Below are positions 43,120-51,946 of a stretch of 54,292 nucleotides of DNA, one piece after another. Numbering within the stretch: the first letter of the stretch is position 1; every line of letters starts with the position of its first letter. The position numbers were made by a program, and so were the translations under genes. The DNA comes from a virus (Duplodnaviria > Caudoviricetes), in the IMG/VR virus record IMGVR_UViG_3300032093_000181, positions 1-54,292 of that record; one strand, 5' to 3'. The notes beneath the pieces are model-generated. The model searched no databases. It worked only from the letters and a program-made list of their open reading frames with translations, and was not told where the DNA came from.

Positions 43120-43604
43120 GCGGTAAGGCCGTTCCTTTGGAAACACGTTTTTGGCCTAAAGTTGCCAAAGGCGATGATAGTGTTTGCTGGGAGTGGCAAG
43201 GCGCACGCATAAGTAAAGGGTATGGCTGGGTAAAAACACCTATTGGTAACCGCACAGCGTCCCGTGTAGCTGCGTATTTATCTGGTGTACTTGACAGTCT
43301 GTCAAGCCCGCTGTGTGTTTTGCATCGTTGCGATAACCCGCCGTGTTGCAATCCTGCGCATTTGTTTACTGGCACCAACGTAGATAATGTTGCTGACAGG
43401 GTTGCAAAAGGCAGAAGTGGAAGTAAAGCGCTTCATGGGCAATCAAACGGCGCATCTAAGTTGACCGATATCCAGGTAAAACAAGTGCGTGGCATGTATA
43501 AGTTTGCACAGTACAGTCAATCGCAACTTGCTAGGATGTTTAATGTGCACCAACCGCACATTAGTCGAATTGTTAACGGGCTTAGGTGTGGAGGTGTGCT
43601 TTGA
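43116..43604 (+). CDS. Free-standing HNH homing endonuclease with C-terminal HTH
   Basis: RFWPKV..CWEWQG..GYG..VLHRCDNPPCCNPAHLFTGTNVDN..KGR, then SKLT..SQSQLARMFNVHQPHISRI. Confidence 0.9.
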   Translation: MSGKAVPLETRFWPKVAKGDDSVCWEWQGARISKGYGWVKTPIGNRTASRVAAYLSGVLDSLSSPLCVLHRCDNPPCCNPAHLFTGTNVDNVADRVAKGRSGSKALHGQSNGASKLTDIQVKQVRGMYKFAQYSQSQLARMFNVHQPHISRIVNGLRCGGVL

Positions 43605-43843
43605 GAAGTAGCCGTGGCATGGGTGCCGTAAACCCCAAGAAGCTACCCAAAGCAGTGATGCGGAAAGACGCTAATGTCCCAACCGAACTCTATGCAGAGG
43701 GTGGCCCCACGGGGCTTTACGCCAACATCCATGCCAAGCGCAAACGCATTGCCGCAGGATCGGGTGAAACAATGCGCAAGCCGGGTACTTCCGGCGCTCC
43801 TACTGCCAAAGCGTTCAAACGCTCCGCAATGACGGCGAAGTAA
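43601..43843 (+). CDS. Small basic protein
   Basis: TTG start after GGAGG; RSSRGMGA..YAEGG..GLYANIHAKRKR..GAPTAKAF. Confidence 0.65.
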   Translation: MRSSRGMGAVNPKKLPKAVMRKDANVPTELYAEGGPTGLYANIHAKRKRIAAGSGETMRKPGTSGAPTAKAFKRSAMTAK

Positions 43844-43844
43844 T

Positions 43845-44540
43845 ATGGCAACCTCTGGAACCACCACGTTTGACCTTGACCTCAACGAATACGTTGAGGA
43901 AGCCTTTGAGCGCTGTGGTGCAGAGCTTCGCACGGGCTATGACCTGAAGACCGCACGGCGGTCAATGAACCTGCTGTTTGCAGACTGGGCCAACCGGGGC
44001 ATCAATCTCTGGACGGTTGAGCAGGGGTCTATCCCGCTCGTGCAAGGCACAGCTACGTACAACCTGCCAAGTGACACGGTAGACCTCATTGAGCATGTGA
44101 TTCGCACGGGGGCGGGCAACGTCAGCACCCAGGTCGATCTGACCATCACACGCATTTCCGTTTCCACCTACTCCAGCATTCCCAACAAGCTGCAGCAAGC
44201 CCGTCCGATTCAGGTCTGGATCAACCGCCAAGCCCCCACGCCGACTGTGACGGTATGGCCTGTGCCGGATCAGACGAACAACTATCAGTTCATCTACTGG
44301 AGACTGCGCCGCATTCAAGACGCTGGCGCCGGGGGTACGTACACGCAGGATGTCCCGTTCCGCTTCATCCCCTGCTTGGTGGCAGGGTTGGCGTACTACC
44401 TGTCAATGAAGATCCCTGGCGCGATGGAGCGCATGCAGGTGTTGAAACAGCAGTATGACGAGGCTTGGGATCTCGCATCGACGGAAGACCGTGAAAAGGC
44501 AGCGGTGCGGTTCGTGCCGCGCCAGATGTTCATAAGCTGA
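43845..44540 (+). CDS. Putative head-tail adaptor/tail tubular protein
   Basis: 231 aa MATSGTTTF..EEAFERCG..WANRGINLW..VWPVPD..LAYYLS; position in the virion module. Confidence 0.65.
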   Translation: MATSGTTTFDLDLNEYVEEAFERCGAELRTGYDLKTARRSMNLLFADWANRGINLWTVEQGSIPLVQGTATYNLPSDTVDLIEHVIRTGAGNVSTQVDLTITRISVSTYSSIPNKLQQARPIQVWINRQAPTPTVTVWPVPDQTNNYQFIYWRLRRIQDAGAGGTYTQDVPFRFIPCLVAGLAYYLSMKIPGAMERMQVLKQQYDEAWDLASTEDREKAAVRFVPRQMFIS

Positions 44541-44548
44541 GGTTTACG

Positions 44549-45118
44549 ATGCCTGCTCCCTACCGCGACAAAAACATCCTTGAAATGAGTGACCGTGAGC
44601 GGGAAGCTCGGCGGGTTGAAGCGCTTATGCGGCCTGGGCGGGATGCGGTTGAAGGCGTATACCCAGAAGAGTTTTTGGTTCCCGCAGCACGAGCCGCAAG
44701 CAAAGCGGTACAAACAGCACTTCAACGGACTCCAAAAGTTGCCCCAAAAGTGGCGATGCCTGGAGAAGTAAAGCCAAACGTACCAGCGCGTCCGTACTGG
44801 ATGAGTAGGAATAATTTATCTGAAAACTACAACCCAAAGAACTATACCCCGGCCAAAATGGAGAAGATTAGAGAGGATCTGGCTCGAAAGGCAAAGCTGT
44901 CTGAGCAAGAAAAAAGACTAGAGCGGATGCGCGAATACGACCAAGAAATGGATGTGTTTGATGCAAAGAAAGCGTTGTTAGACAGGTCGATGCTGTCTGC
45001 GGGAGTTAATGCTTCGCAAAACGAACAAGAATACAAGCGCGGGGGCTCGGTCAAGGTAAAGTCTCATCGTGGTGACGGCATCGCGCAGCGCGGCAAGACC
45101 AAGGGTCGGATGATCTGA
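44549..45118 (+). CDS. Basic protein with C-terminal YKRGG..RGDGIAQRG motif
   Basis: 189 aa; shares its C-terminal motif with neighbouring small proteins. Confidence 0.65.
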   Translation: MPAPYRDKNILEMSDREREARRVEALMRPGRDAVEGVYPEEFLVPAARAASKAVQTALQRTPKVAPKVAMPGEVKPNVPARPYWMSRNNLSENYNPKNYTPAKMEKIREDLARKAKLSEQEKRLERMREYDQEMDVFDAKKALLDRSMLSAGVNASQNEQEYKRGGSVKVKSHRGDGIAQRGKTKGRMI

Positions 45119-45119
45119 C

Positions 45120-45551
45120 ATGGCAAATAGGTTTGCCAATGGGGCTAAAAGTTTTGGCTTCTGCGACCTGTGTGGGTTCCGTTTCGACCTGAAGAAGCTC
45201 AAGAACCTGACGGTCAAGACCAAGCAGACGCAGACCAAAGCCTGCCCCCAGTGCTGGACACCGGATCAGCCGCAGTTGCAGCTTGGCATGTATCCAATCT
45301 CAGACCCGCAGGCCATAAGAGATCCTCGTCCGGATACAAATACTTGGTATCAGTCCGGCACAAACGGTTTGCAGACCAACCCAGTATCTGGAACTGGCCC
45401 TGACCAAGAGGGTTATCCAGGTGAGGGCAGCAGAGTGATTGAGTGGGGCTGGAACCCCGTGGGTGGAGCCAGAAGTTTCGACGTTGGGCTGACCCCCAAT
45501 GCCTTGGCCCCAATAGGATATGTTGGTACAGTAACGGTCGTAACGACCTAA
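45120..45551 (+). CDS. Virion-module protein with CxxC..CxxC
   Basis: CDLCG..CPQCW..QPQL..DPQAIRDPRPD. Confidence 0.7.
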   Translation: MANRFANGAKSFGFCDLCGFRFDLKKLKNLTVKTKQTQTKACPQCWTPDQPQLQLGMYPISDPQAIRDPRPDTNTWYQSGTNGLQTNPVSGTGPDQEGYPGEGSRVIEWGWNPVGGARSFDVGLTPNALAPIGYVGTVTVVTT

Positions 45552-45560
45552 GGAGCAGAC

Positions 45561-45728
45561 ATGGAAAAAATGCGCGACATCGCCAAACAAGAAGTTGGTA
45601 AGCACGTTGCAGCCATGCACAAAGGCAAAGGTTTCTACAAAGGTGGCAAGACCGACGCGGACATGCTAAAGATGGGCCGTGGTCTTGCTAAGGTTCAGAA
45701 CCAGAAGACTGGGATGAAGAAGCCATGA
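45561..45728 (+). CDS. 55-aa basic protein (not in ORF track)
   Basis: AAGGAG RBS; MEKMRDIAKQEVGKHVAAMHKGKGFYKGGKTDADMLKMGRGLAKVQNQKTGMKKP. Confidence 0.65.
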   Translation: MEKMRDIAKQEVGKHVAAMHKGKGFYKGGKTDADMLKMGRGLAKVQNQKTGMKKP

Positions 45729-45919
45729 TGAAGACCAAGAAACTTGCTCCGGCCAAGCCGGGTCAGCCCCAAGCCATTGAATCTTTGAGGGATGAAAGTT
45801 GCATGGTGATTGGCAATATTGCCGCCAATCCTGCTCCGGGCATCAAAACTTCAGGTATCCGCACCCGTGGTAATGGCTGTGCGACCAAGGGCACGATGGC
45901 CCGTGGGCCGATGGCGTGA
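45725..45919 (+). CDS. Small basic protein with RGNGCATKG motif
   Basis: 64 aa; ATGA overlap. Confidence 0.65.
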   Translation: MMKTKKLAPAKPGQPQAIESLRDESCMVIGNIAANPAPGIKTSGIRTRGNGCATKGTMARGPMA

Positions 45920-45927
45920 GGTAACCC

Positions 45928-46578
45928 GTGGATTACGCTGCCCTCAAACAAAATGTAGAGGATTACACCGAGAACACTTTCTCGGCAACTGACTTCGCCA
46001 CGATGACGAAGTTGGCTGAGCAGCGTATCTACAACGCCGTCCAGCTTCCAGCACTTCGGAAGAATGTCACAGGCACGTTGACTCAGGGTAATGCCTACCT
46101 TTCTGCGCCGACAGATTTCTTGTCTGTCTTCAGCCTTGCAGTGATTGATGGGTCTGGAAACTACGAGTATCTGCTGAACAAGGATGTGAACTTCATCCGC
46201 TCAGCGTTTCCAAACCCGTCATCGCAGGGTACGCCCAAGTATTACGCGCTCTTTGGCCCGGATAGCAGCAATCCTGATGAGTTGACGCTAATCCTTGGCC
46301 CGACGCCCTCTGCTGCACTGACGGCAGAACTGCACTACTTCTACTACCCAGAGAGCATCGTGACTGCCACCAATACGTGGCTGAGCGACAACTTTGACTC
46401 TGTGCTGTTTAACGCAGTGATGGTGGAAGCAGCCCGGTTCATGAAGCAAGAGCAGGACATTGTGGCCGAGATGGATAAGCAGTTTGTCCAGTCCCTGACA
46501 TTGCTGAAGAATCTTGGTGATGGCAAGAACCGCCAGGACGCCTACCGCAGTGGGCAGGTTAGAACTCAGGTTATTTAA
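45928..46578 (+). CDS. Putative tail adaptor/stopper protein
   Basis: 216 aa MDYAALKQNVEDYTE..AEQRIYN..P.DFL..GTPKYYA..GPTP. Confidence 0.65.
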   Translation: MDYAALKQNVEDYTENTFSATDFATMTKLAEQRIYNAVQLPALRKNVTGTLTQGNAYLSAPTDFLSVFSLAVIDGSGNYEYLLNKDVNFIRSAFPNPSSQGTPKYYALFGPDSSNPDELTLILGPTPSAALTAELHYFYYPESIVTATNTWLSDNFDSVLFNAVMVEAARFMKQEQDIVAEMDKQFVQSLTLLKNLGDGKNRQDAYRSGQVRTQVI

Positions 46579-46587
46579 GGAGCCATC

Positions 46588-47007
46588 ATGGCAATCACCC
46601 AAGCAATGTGCAGTTCTTTCAAGCAGCAGATTCTGCTTGGCGAACATGATATGGACACTGATGTCCTCAAAATTGCGTTGTATACGTCTCTGGCTACGTT
46701 GAGCGCAGCAACGACCGTTTACTCCACCTCTGACGAGGTAGTAGGTGCGGGTTACACGGCGGGTGGCAACACACTTGCCGGGGCCACGGTGTCTTTGTCT
46801 GGGACCACAGCGTTTGTGGACTTCACTGATACCTCGTGGACGACGGCAACCATTACGGCCCGTGGTGCGCTGATCTACAACAGCAGCAAGTCCAATAAGG
46901 CCGTCGCGGTGCTGGACTTCGGATCTGACAAGACCTCGACCGCTGGCACGTTCACGGTTCAGTTCCCTGCTAACACGGCGTCTGATGCGGTTGTGCGGAT
47001 TGCGTAA
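46588..47007 (+). CDS. Virion structural protein
   Basis: 139 aa, beta-rich (KIALYT..GYTAGG..ARGALIYN..VLDFG.DKTST); AAGGAG RBS. Confidence 0.7.
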   Translation: MAITQAMCSSFKQQILLGEHDMDTDVLKIALYTSLATLSAATTVYSTSDEVVGAGYTAGGNTLAGATVSLSGTTAFVDFTDTSWTTATITARGALIYNSSKSNKAVAVLDFGSDKTSTAGTFTVQFPANTASDAVVRIA

Positions 47008-49325
47008 TGACGGCGCTGTATCACGCCTATACGCAGACGGTTGCGGATGGGACAGCGACATCTGTCGTTCGTCCCAGTGACTGGAACTCTGCACACGTTC
47101 AAGGCCAGACCCTCTCCGGTAATACGGCGGGGGTGTCGTCTTTTACAGGGACAAATTTTGTCCTCCAAGGCGGGAATAACGTCACACTGAGCGCCGCCAC
47201 AGCGGCAGGCGCAGCCACGATCATCATCAGTGGTGCCAACACGGTTGCACAGACCGTGCAGACCCAGGCGTCTGGGGCTATCGCAGGCACAGGGTTTACC
47301 AGCACAACGACTGCTGGAACCGCCATCACGGCGGCTATGGGAACTAACGGCCTTTCGATGGCCGTCCCGGCGTACATCACCACATACGTTGCTCAGACAA
47401 CCCAGACCCAGGCATCAGGCGCTATTGCTGGCACGGGATTCACCTCTACGACGACCGCTGGAACTGCGGTTGTGGCGACTCAGGGCACAAACGGTCTGTC
47501 GATGGCCGTGCCTGCGTTCATAACGACCTACGTTAATGATCTGACTTCAGGTCGGGCGGGGACGGGCTACACCAGCACCACGCAGGCGGGATCGACGGTA
47601 GGTGTCACGCTAAACACCAACGGCTTGTCAGCCGCTTGGCCTCCGTTCATCACGACAGCTACCCAGTCTGTTCAAACCCAGGCGTCAGGCGCTATTGCAG
47701 GGACCGGGTTTACAAGCACGACCACGGCAGGTACTGCAGTCACAGCGGCGCTGGGTACGAATGGCCTGAGCATGGCCGTTCCAGCGTATATCACCACGTT
47801 TGCCGCCCAGACGACACAGACGCAACCCGCAGGCAACATTGCTGGGGTAGGCACCACGCTCGCCCTAACAAACATTACCGGCACGTTGAACGTCGGCACC
47901 AATGGTGTAGCTTTGTCGTTGAGTGGCAATGCTGCTGGTGGTGGCGGTGGTGCAGCGTTGCAAGGCTCTGGAACCTACACCCAGAACACGGGCACGATCC
48001 AGTTTGCCAACAGCAACGGCGTCACGTTTGGTCTGAGCACCAACCAGATGACTGCATCCGTGAAGACGGACTACGCTGGTACGGGGTATACGAGTACAAC
48101 CCAGGCTGGCAGCACTGTTGGGCTTACCAACAACACGGCAGGGATCTCGGCAGCTTGGCCCGCCTTCATCACCACGGCAACGCAGTCCACACAGACTCAA
48201 GCCTCGGGCGCTATCGCTGGTACTGGGTTTACAAGCACGACAACTGCGGGCACCGCAATCACTGCGGCCCTTGGGACAAACGGACTGTCAATGGCAGTCC
48301 CGGCCTATATCACAACCTATGTCAATGACCTGACCTCTGGGCGGGCCGGTACGGGCACAACGCTTGCCCTGACCAATCTCAGCGGCACCCTGAGCGTCAA
48401 CACCAATGGCGTGGCGCTGTCGTTAAACAACTCTGATGATCATTTCTATGGCTGGAATCTTGTCGGCAACACCGCAGGGACAACCAGCATTTCGCTGACC
48501 ACGGAAGCTCCCATCTACTTCTCGGGGGGCAACAACATTACCCTGAGCGGCAACTCCAACACCATCGTTATTCAAGGCGCTGCTGGCGGCGCGGGCGGAG
48601 GGGTTGCGGTTGCAGCAGGTGCTTCAACAGTTTCAAACAACACCGTCGTCTTTGGCAACTCCAACGGTGTAAGTTTTGGCCTGAACGGCAGCACCCTAAC
48701 GGCATCCATCATCGCCAACAACACCTATGATGGTTGGCCTCCGTATGCTGACTTGATGATGGTTGCAGGCCAGCAGGGGCAAGGCACCCTGTATATCGAG
48801 CCGGAACATTGCCCGTACTACTTCCAAGACCGGGTTGGTATTCCCATCGCGTACACAAACGCCTCTAACTCTAACGGCACGTTGACGTTGAGTTACTGGG
48901 TCGCGTTTTACACGCAGAATGCCAGCACTCTGTCTCTGGCAAGCAGCACATCAATCAGCACTGCGTTTACTTTCAACGGAACGACAGGTACGCACTGGTC
49001 AATCTTTTCGGGGATGCGCTTGCTGACCATCCCTTGGTCGCTGACGGTTGCCGAGCAAGAAATCTACATTGCCCAGCTTTCTAGAACGTCAACTGGCGGC
49101 GCAAACGCATCCATTTCGCAAATGCTGGTCAGCAACGTCAACAGCAACTTTGTGGGCTTCTTTGGGCAATCACACAACACGACTCAGCAGTGGACACAGG
49201 GTCAGGGGGTTTACACCGCAACGACTTCTGGTATGCCCGTCAGCATCGCCTTCAGTCAGATTCGCGGATCTGATTCATTGAATCTTCGTGCCCCTGCGAT
49301 CATGTTCATTAACAGCACGGTATAA
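47007..49325 (+). CDS. Thr/Gly/Ala-rich repeat fibre or surface protein
   Basis: 772 aa with four ~48-aa QTQASGAIAGTGFTSTTTAGTA..GTNGLSMAVPA.ITT repeats, other repeat types, and a non-repetitive C-terminal domain. Confidence 0.7.
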   Translation: MTALYHAYTQTVADGTATSVVRPSDWNSAHVQGQTLSGNTAGVSSFTGTNFVLQGGNNVTLSAATAAGAATIIISGANTVAQTVQTQASGAIAGTGFTSTTTAGTAITAAMGTNGLSMAVPAYITTYVAQTTQTQASGAIAGTGFTSTTTAGTAVVATQGTNGLSMAVPAFITTYVNDLTSGRAGTGYTSTTQAGSTVGVTLNTNGLSAAWPPFITTATQSVQTQASGAIAGTGFTSTTTAGTAVTAALGTNGLSMAVPAYITTFAAQTTQTQPAGNIAGVGTTLALTNITGTLNVGTNGVALSLSGNAAGGGGGAALQGSGTYTQNTGTIQFANSNGVTFGLSTNQMTASVKTDYAGTGYTSTTQAGSTVGLTNNTAGISAAWPAFITTATQSTQTQASGAIAGTGFTSTTTAGTAITAALGTNGLSMAVPAYITTYVNDLTSGRAGTGTTLALTNLSGTLSVNTNGVALSLNNSDDHFYGWNLVGNTAGTTSISLTTEAPIYFSGGNNITLSGNSNTIVIQGAAGGAGGGVAVAAGASTVSNNTVVFGNSNGVSFGLNGSTLTASIIANNTYDGWPPYADLMMVAGQQGQGTLYIEPEHCPYYFQDRVGIPIAYTNASNSNGTLTLSYWVAFYTQNASTLSLASSTSISTAFTFNGTTGTHWSIFSGMRLLTIPWSLTVAEQEIYIAQLSRTSTGGANASISQMLVSNVNSNFVGFFGQSHNTTQQWTQGQGVYTATTSGMPVSIAFSQIRGSDSLNLRAPAIMFINSTV

Positions 49326-49327
49326 GC

Positions 49328-49489
49328 ATGGACATCAATGATTTTGATGGTTGCCAGCGAATTACGTCAGACGACATTGTTTACATTGTCCTGACTATCC
49401 CGGTTCCAAGAATTGCTCTGTGCGTTCGGGAGTCTGATGTAACTTTTGGTGCGCCCTATGTGGCTACTGTGATTGTTGAGATGCCCTGA
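49328..49489 (+). CDS. 53-aa hypothetical protein (not in ORF track)
   Basis: MDINDFDGCQRITSDDIVYIVLTIPVPRIALCVRESDVTFGAPYVATVIVEMP; fills the gap exactly, TGATG overlap with the next gene. Confidence 0.55.
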   Translation: MDINDFDGCQRITSDDIVYIVLTIPVPRIALCVRESDVTFGAPYVATVIVEMP

Positions 49490-50223
49490 TGCAGCCACAA
49501 ATCATCTCCTCCTACGACGGCGGCGCACACAACGCTGATCTGGAAAAGACCATCTCGCGGCTCACGCAGGACAAGGCGTACAAAGACCTATCTTGCATCC
49601 AGATCGTGCCGTGCTTCGGGCAGATTCCTACCCGTGCGGTGGCGTCATGGATGAATATGTACGCCCCTCCCAACGCCAAGTTCACTCGTCTGTGGGCTGT
49701 AGGCATGGAGGTAGGCAAGGCGTTTACGTCTGCCATTGAGAGCATCCTGGCTCATCCAGACTTGAGCAAGTGGAAGTACGTCATCACACTGGAGCACGAC
49801 AATATCCCTCCTCCTGATGGGATGGTCAAGCTGCTTACTCAGATGGAGAACCATCCAGAGTACGCCTGTATCGGTGGGCTGTACTTCACGCAAGGCCCAG
49901 GCGGCGTGGCTCAGATCTGGGGCGATCCCAAAGACCCGGTGGTAAATTTCCGCCCCCAGCGACCTGATCCTGCTGGTGGTTTGGTTGAGTGCTGCGGCAC
50001 CGGGATGGGCTTCAACGTCTGGCGTCTTGATATGTTCAAGGACGAGCGCCTACGCAAGCCTTGGTTTGTAACTCAGACTGAAGGTGGCGTTGCCACGCAA
50101 GACCTCTACTTTTGGGGTGATGCCCGAAAGTACGGCTATCGTTGTGCTATTGATTGCTCGGTAAAGGTTGGACACTATGACCTTGAAGGCAAGCGTGGCG
50201 GAATTCCAGACTACGTGTGGTGA
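49489..50223 (+). CDS. Putative glycosyltransferase (GT-A fold, GT2-like)
   Basis: YVITLEHDNIPPPD (DxD position), IGGLYF, VECCGTGMGFNVW, QDLYFW..ARKYGY..DCSVKVGH. Confidence 0.7.
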   Translation: MQPQIISSYDGGAHNADLEKTISRLTQDKAYKDLSCIQIVPCFGQIPTRAVASWMNMYAPPNAKFTRLWAVGMEVGKAFTSAIESILAHPDLSKWKYVITLEHDNIPPPDGMVKLLTQMENHPEYACIGGLYFTQGPGGVAQIWGDPKDPVVNFRPQRPDPAGGLVECCGTGMGFNVWRLDMFKDERLRKPWFVTQTEGGVATQDLYFWGDARKYGYRCAIDCSVKVGHYDLEGKRGGIPDYVW

Positions 50224-50226
50224 TGC

Positions 50227-50769
50227 ATGAAACTTGATCTCGGATGTGGTGGCAAGAAGCGCGAAGGCTTCCTCGGCGTAGATCAGTACGCGATGGAAGG
50301 GGTTGATGTCGTCCTGAACATCGGCGTTGACCCCTGGCCCTGGGAAGACGGCACCGTGGAGGAGATCCATGCCAGCCATTTCCTTGAGCATCTGACTGCG
50401 CCACAGCGGGTTCACTTCATGAATGAAGCCTTCCGAGTAATGAAGGAAGGTGCCAAGGCTACGGTGATCACGCCTCACTGGGCCTCAAACCGGGCTTACG
50501 GGGACTTCACGCACCAGTGGCCCCCGGTGTCAGAGATGTTCTACTACTATCTAAGCCAGGAGTGGCGTAACACCAACGCTCCGCACACGGACAAGAAGTG
50601 GAATCCGGCGGGCTACTCATGTAATTTTGCTGCCACCTGGGGCTATTCTTTCTCCCCGGAGCTTGGCGCTAGGCATCCTGACCATGTCCAGTTCGCCCTG
50701 CAGAACTACAAAGAAGCCGCCCTTGACACCCACGCAACCCTCGTCAAACCTGTAAAAAAAGTGGACTAA
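50227..50769 (+). CDS. Class I SAM-dependent methyltransferase
   Basis: KLDLGCG (motif I), GVD, EIHASHFLEHL, EAFRVMKEG, TPHW..AYGDFTH. Confidence 0.85.
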   Translation: MKLDLGCGGKKREGFLGVDQYAMEGVDVVLNIGVDPWPWEDGTVEEIHASHFLEHLTAPQRVHFMNEAFRVMKEGAKATVITPHWASNRAYGDFTHQWPPVSEMFYYYLSQEWRNTNAPHTDKKWNPAGYSCNFAATWGYSFSPELGARHPDHVQFALQNYKEAALDTHATLVKPVKKVD

Positions 50770-50772
50770 CCC

Positions 50773-51939
50773 ATGACGGCGGCGTTTCAGAGTAATGCGT
50801 TTCAGAATGACGCATTCCAAACAGTCGCTGCCGTCAATGTAACGGTCCTTGTTTCCGGCGTTGAGGCAACCGGCTTTGTCGGTTCTGTCTCCGTCTTTGG
50901 TGACTCTAACTACGAAGTTACCGGAGTCCAGGCCACTGGACAGGTTGGCAACGTCACCGTCAGCATCAGCACTACGGCTGATGTCACTGGGGTTCAAGCT
51001 ACAGGCGAGACCGGCACCGTCTCTGTCACTGGCACTGCCGTTGTTGCACTCACAGGCGTAGAAGCCACGGGGCAGACGGGCACCGTCACGGTTCTGGCGG
51101 GTGCGATTGCTGCCGTCACAGGCGTTGAAGCTACCGGACAGACCGGCACTGTTACCGTCACTGGCACAGCGGTTGTAGATGTCACCGGGGTAGAAGCTAC
51201 CGGACAGATTGGCACTGTTTCTGTCTCAGGCGATGCCAATACAAGCGTCACCGGAGTTCAAGCCACCGGCCAAGTTGGCACGGTCACAGTCCTGCTTGAT
51301 CAGCTTGTTCTGGTCACAGGCGTTGAGGCTACAGGCCAGACCGGCACGGTCACGGTCACAGGTACGGCGAACGTCTTCCCCACGGGCGTACAGGCCACTG
51401 GGCAGGTTGGCACGGTCAATGCCTTCACGGACATTGATGTCCCTGTCACAGGGGTTCAGGCTACCGGCCAAACGGGCACCGTCACGGTCACGGGCAACAC
51501 AGACATCCCAGTCACGGGGGTCGAAGCTACAGGTGCAATAGGCACAGTTTCGGTCACTGGCACGGCAAATGTGTACCCAACGGGCGTCTCAGCCACGGGT
51601 GAGATTGGTACGGTCACTGTCGAACTGCGGCAGGATGTTCCGGTCACCGGGGTGCAGGCCACTGGGTTTGTCGGGACAGTTACCGTCACGGGCGGCGCTA
51701 CCATACTTCCTACTGGCGTTCAAGCCTTGGGGCTGGTAGGATCGGTAAACGTATGGGGGTTGGTTCCTGACACGCAGAATCCGAACTGGCAAGACATTGT
51801 TGACGGACAGACATCAGCCTGGGGCGTCATCTCCAACACACAGACCCCCGGTTGGAATCAAGTGCCTGACACGCAGACGCCTGCATGGGCTATCCCCACA
51901 AATACACAGAGCCCCAACTGGGGGCCGGTAATCAACTGA
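50773..51939 (+). CDS. Repeat-rich virion fibre protein
   Basis: About 14 x 22-aa VTGV(Q/E)ATGQxGTVTV repeats, then 11-aa Trp-anchored repeats; N-terminal AFQ triplet. Confidence 0.7.
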   Translation: MTAAFQSNAFQNDAFQTVAAVNVTVLVSGVEATGFVGSVSVFGDSNYEVTGVQATGQVGNVTVSISTTADVTGVQATGETGTVSVTGTAVVALTGVEATGQTGTVTVLAGAIAAVTGVEATGQTGTVTVTGTAVVDVTGVEATGQIGTVSVSGDANTSVTGVQATGQVGTVTVLLDQLVLVTGVEATGQTGTVTVTGTANVFPTGVQATGQVGTVNAFTDIDVPVTGVQATGQTGTVTVTGNTDIPVTGVEATGAIGTVSVTGTANVYPTGVSATGEIGTVTVELRQDVPVTGVQATGFVGTVTVTGGATILPTGVQALGLVGSVNVWGLVPDTQNPNWQDIVDGQTSAWGVISNTQTPGWNQVPDTQTPAWAIPTNTQSPNWGPVIN

Positions 51940-51946
51940 GGTTTAC

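Noticed and set aside
50227-50769. Methyltransferase as an anti-restriction DNA methylase
   Set aside because: It lacks DPPY/NPPY or PC catalytic motifs, is only 180 aa, and resembles small-molecule/sugar methyltransferases.
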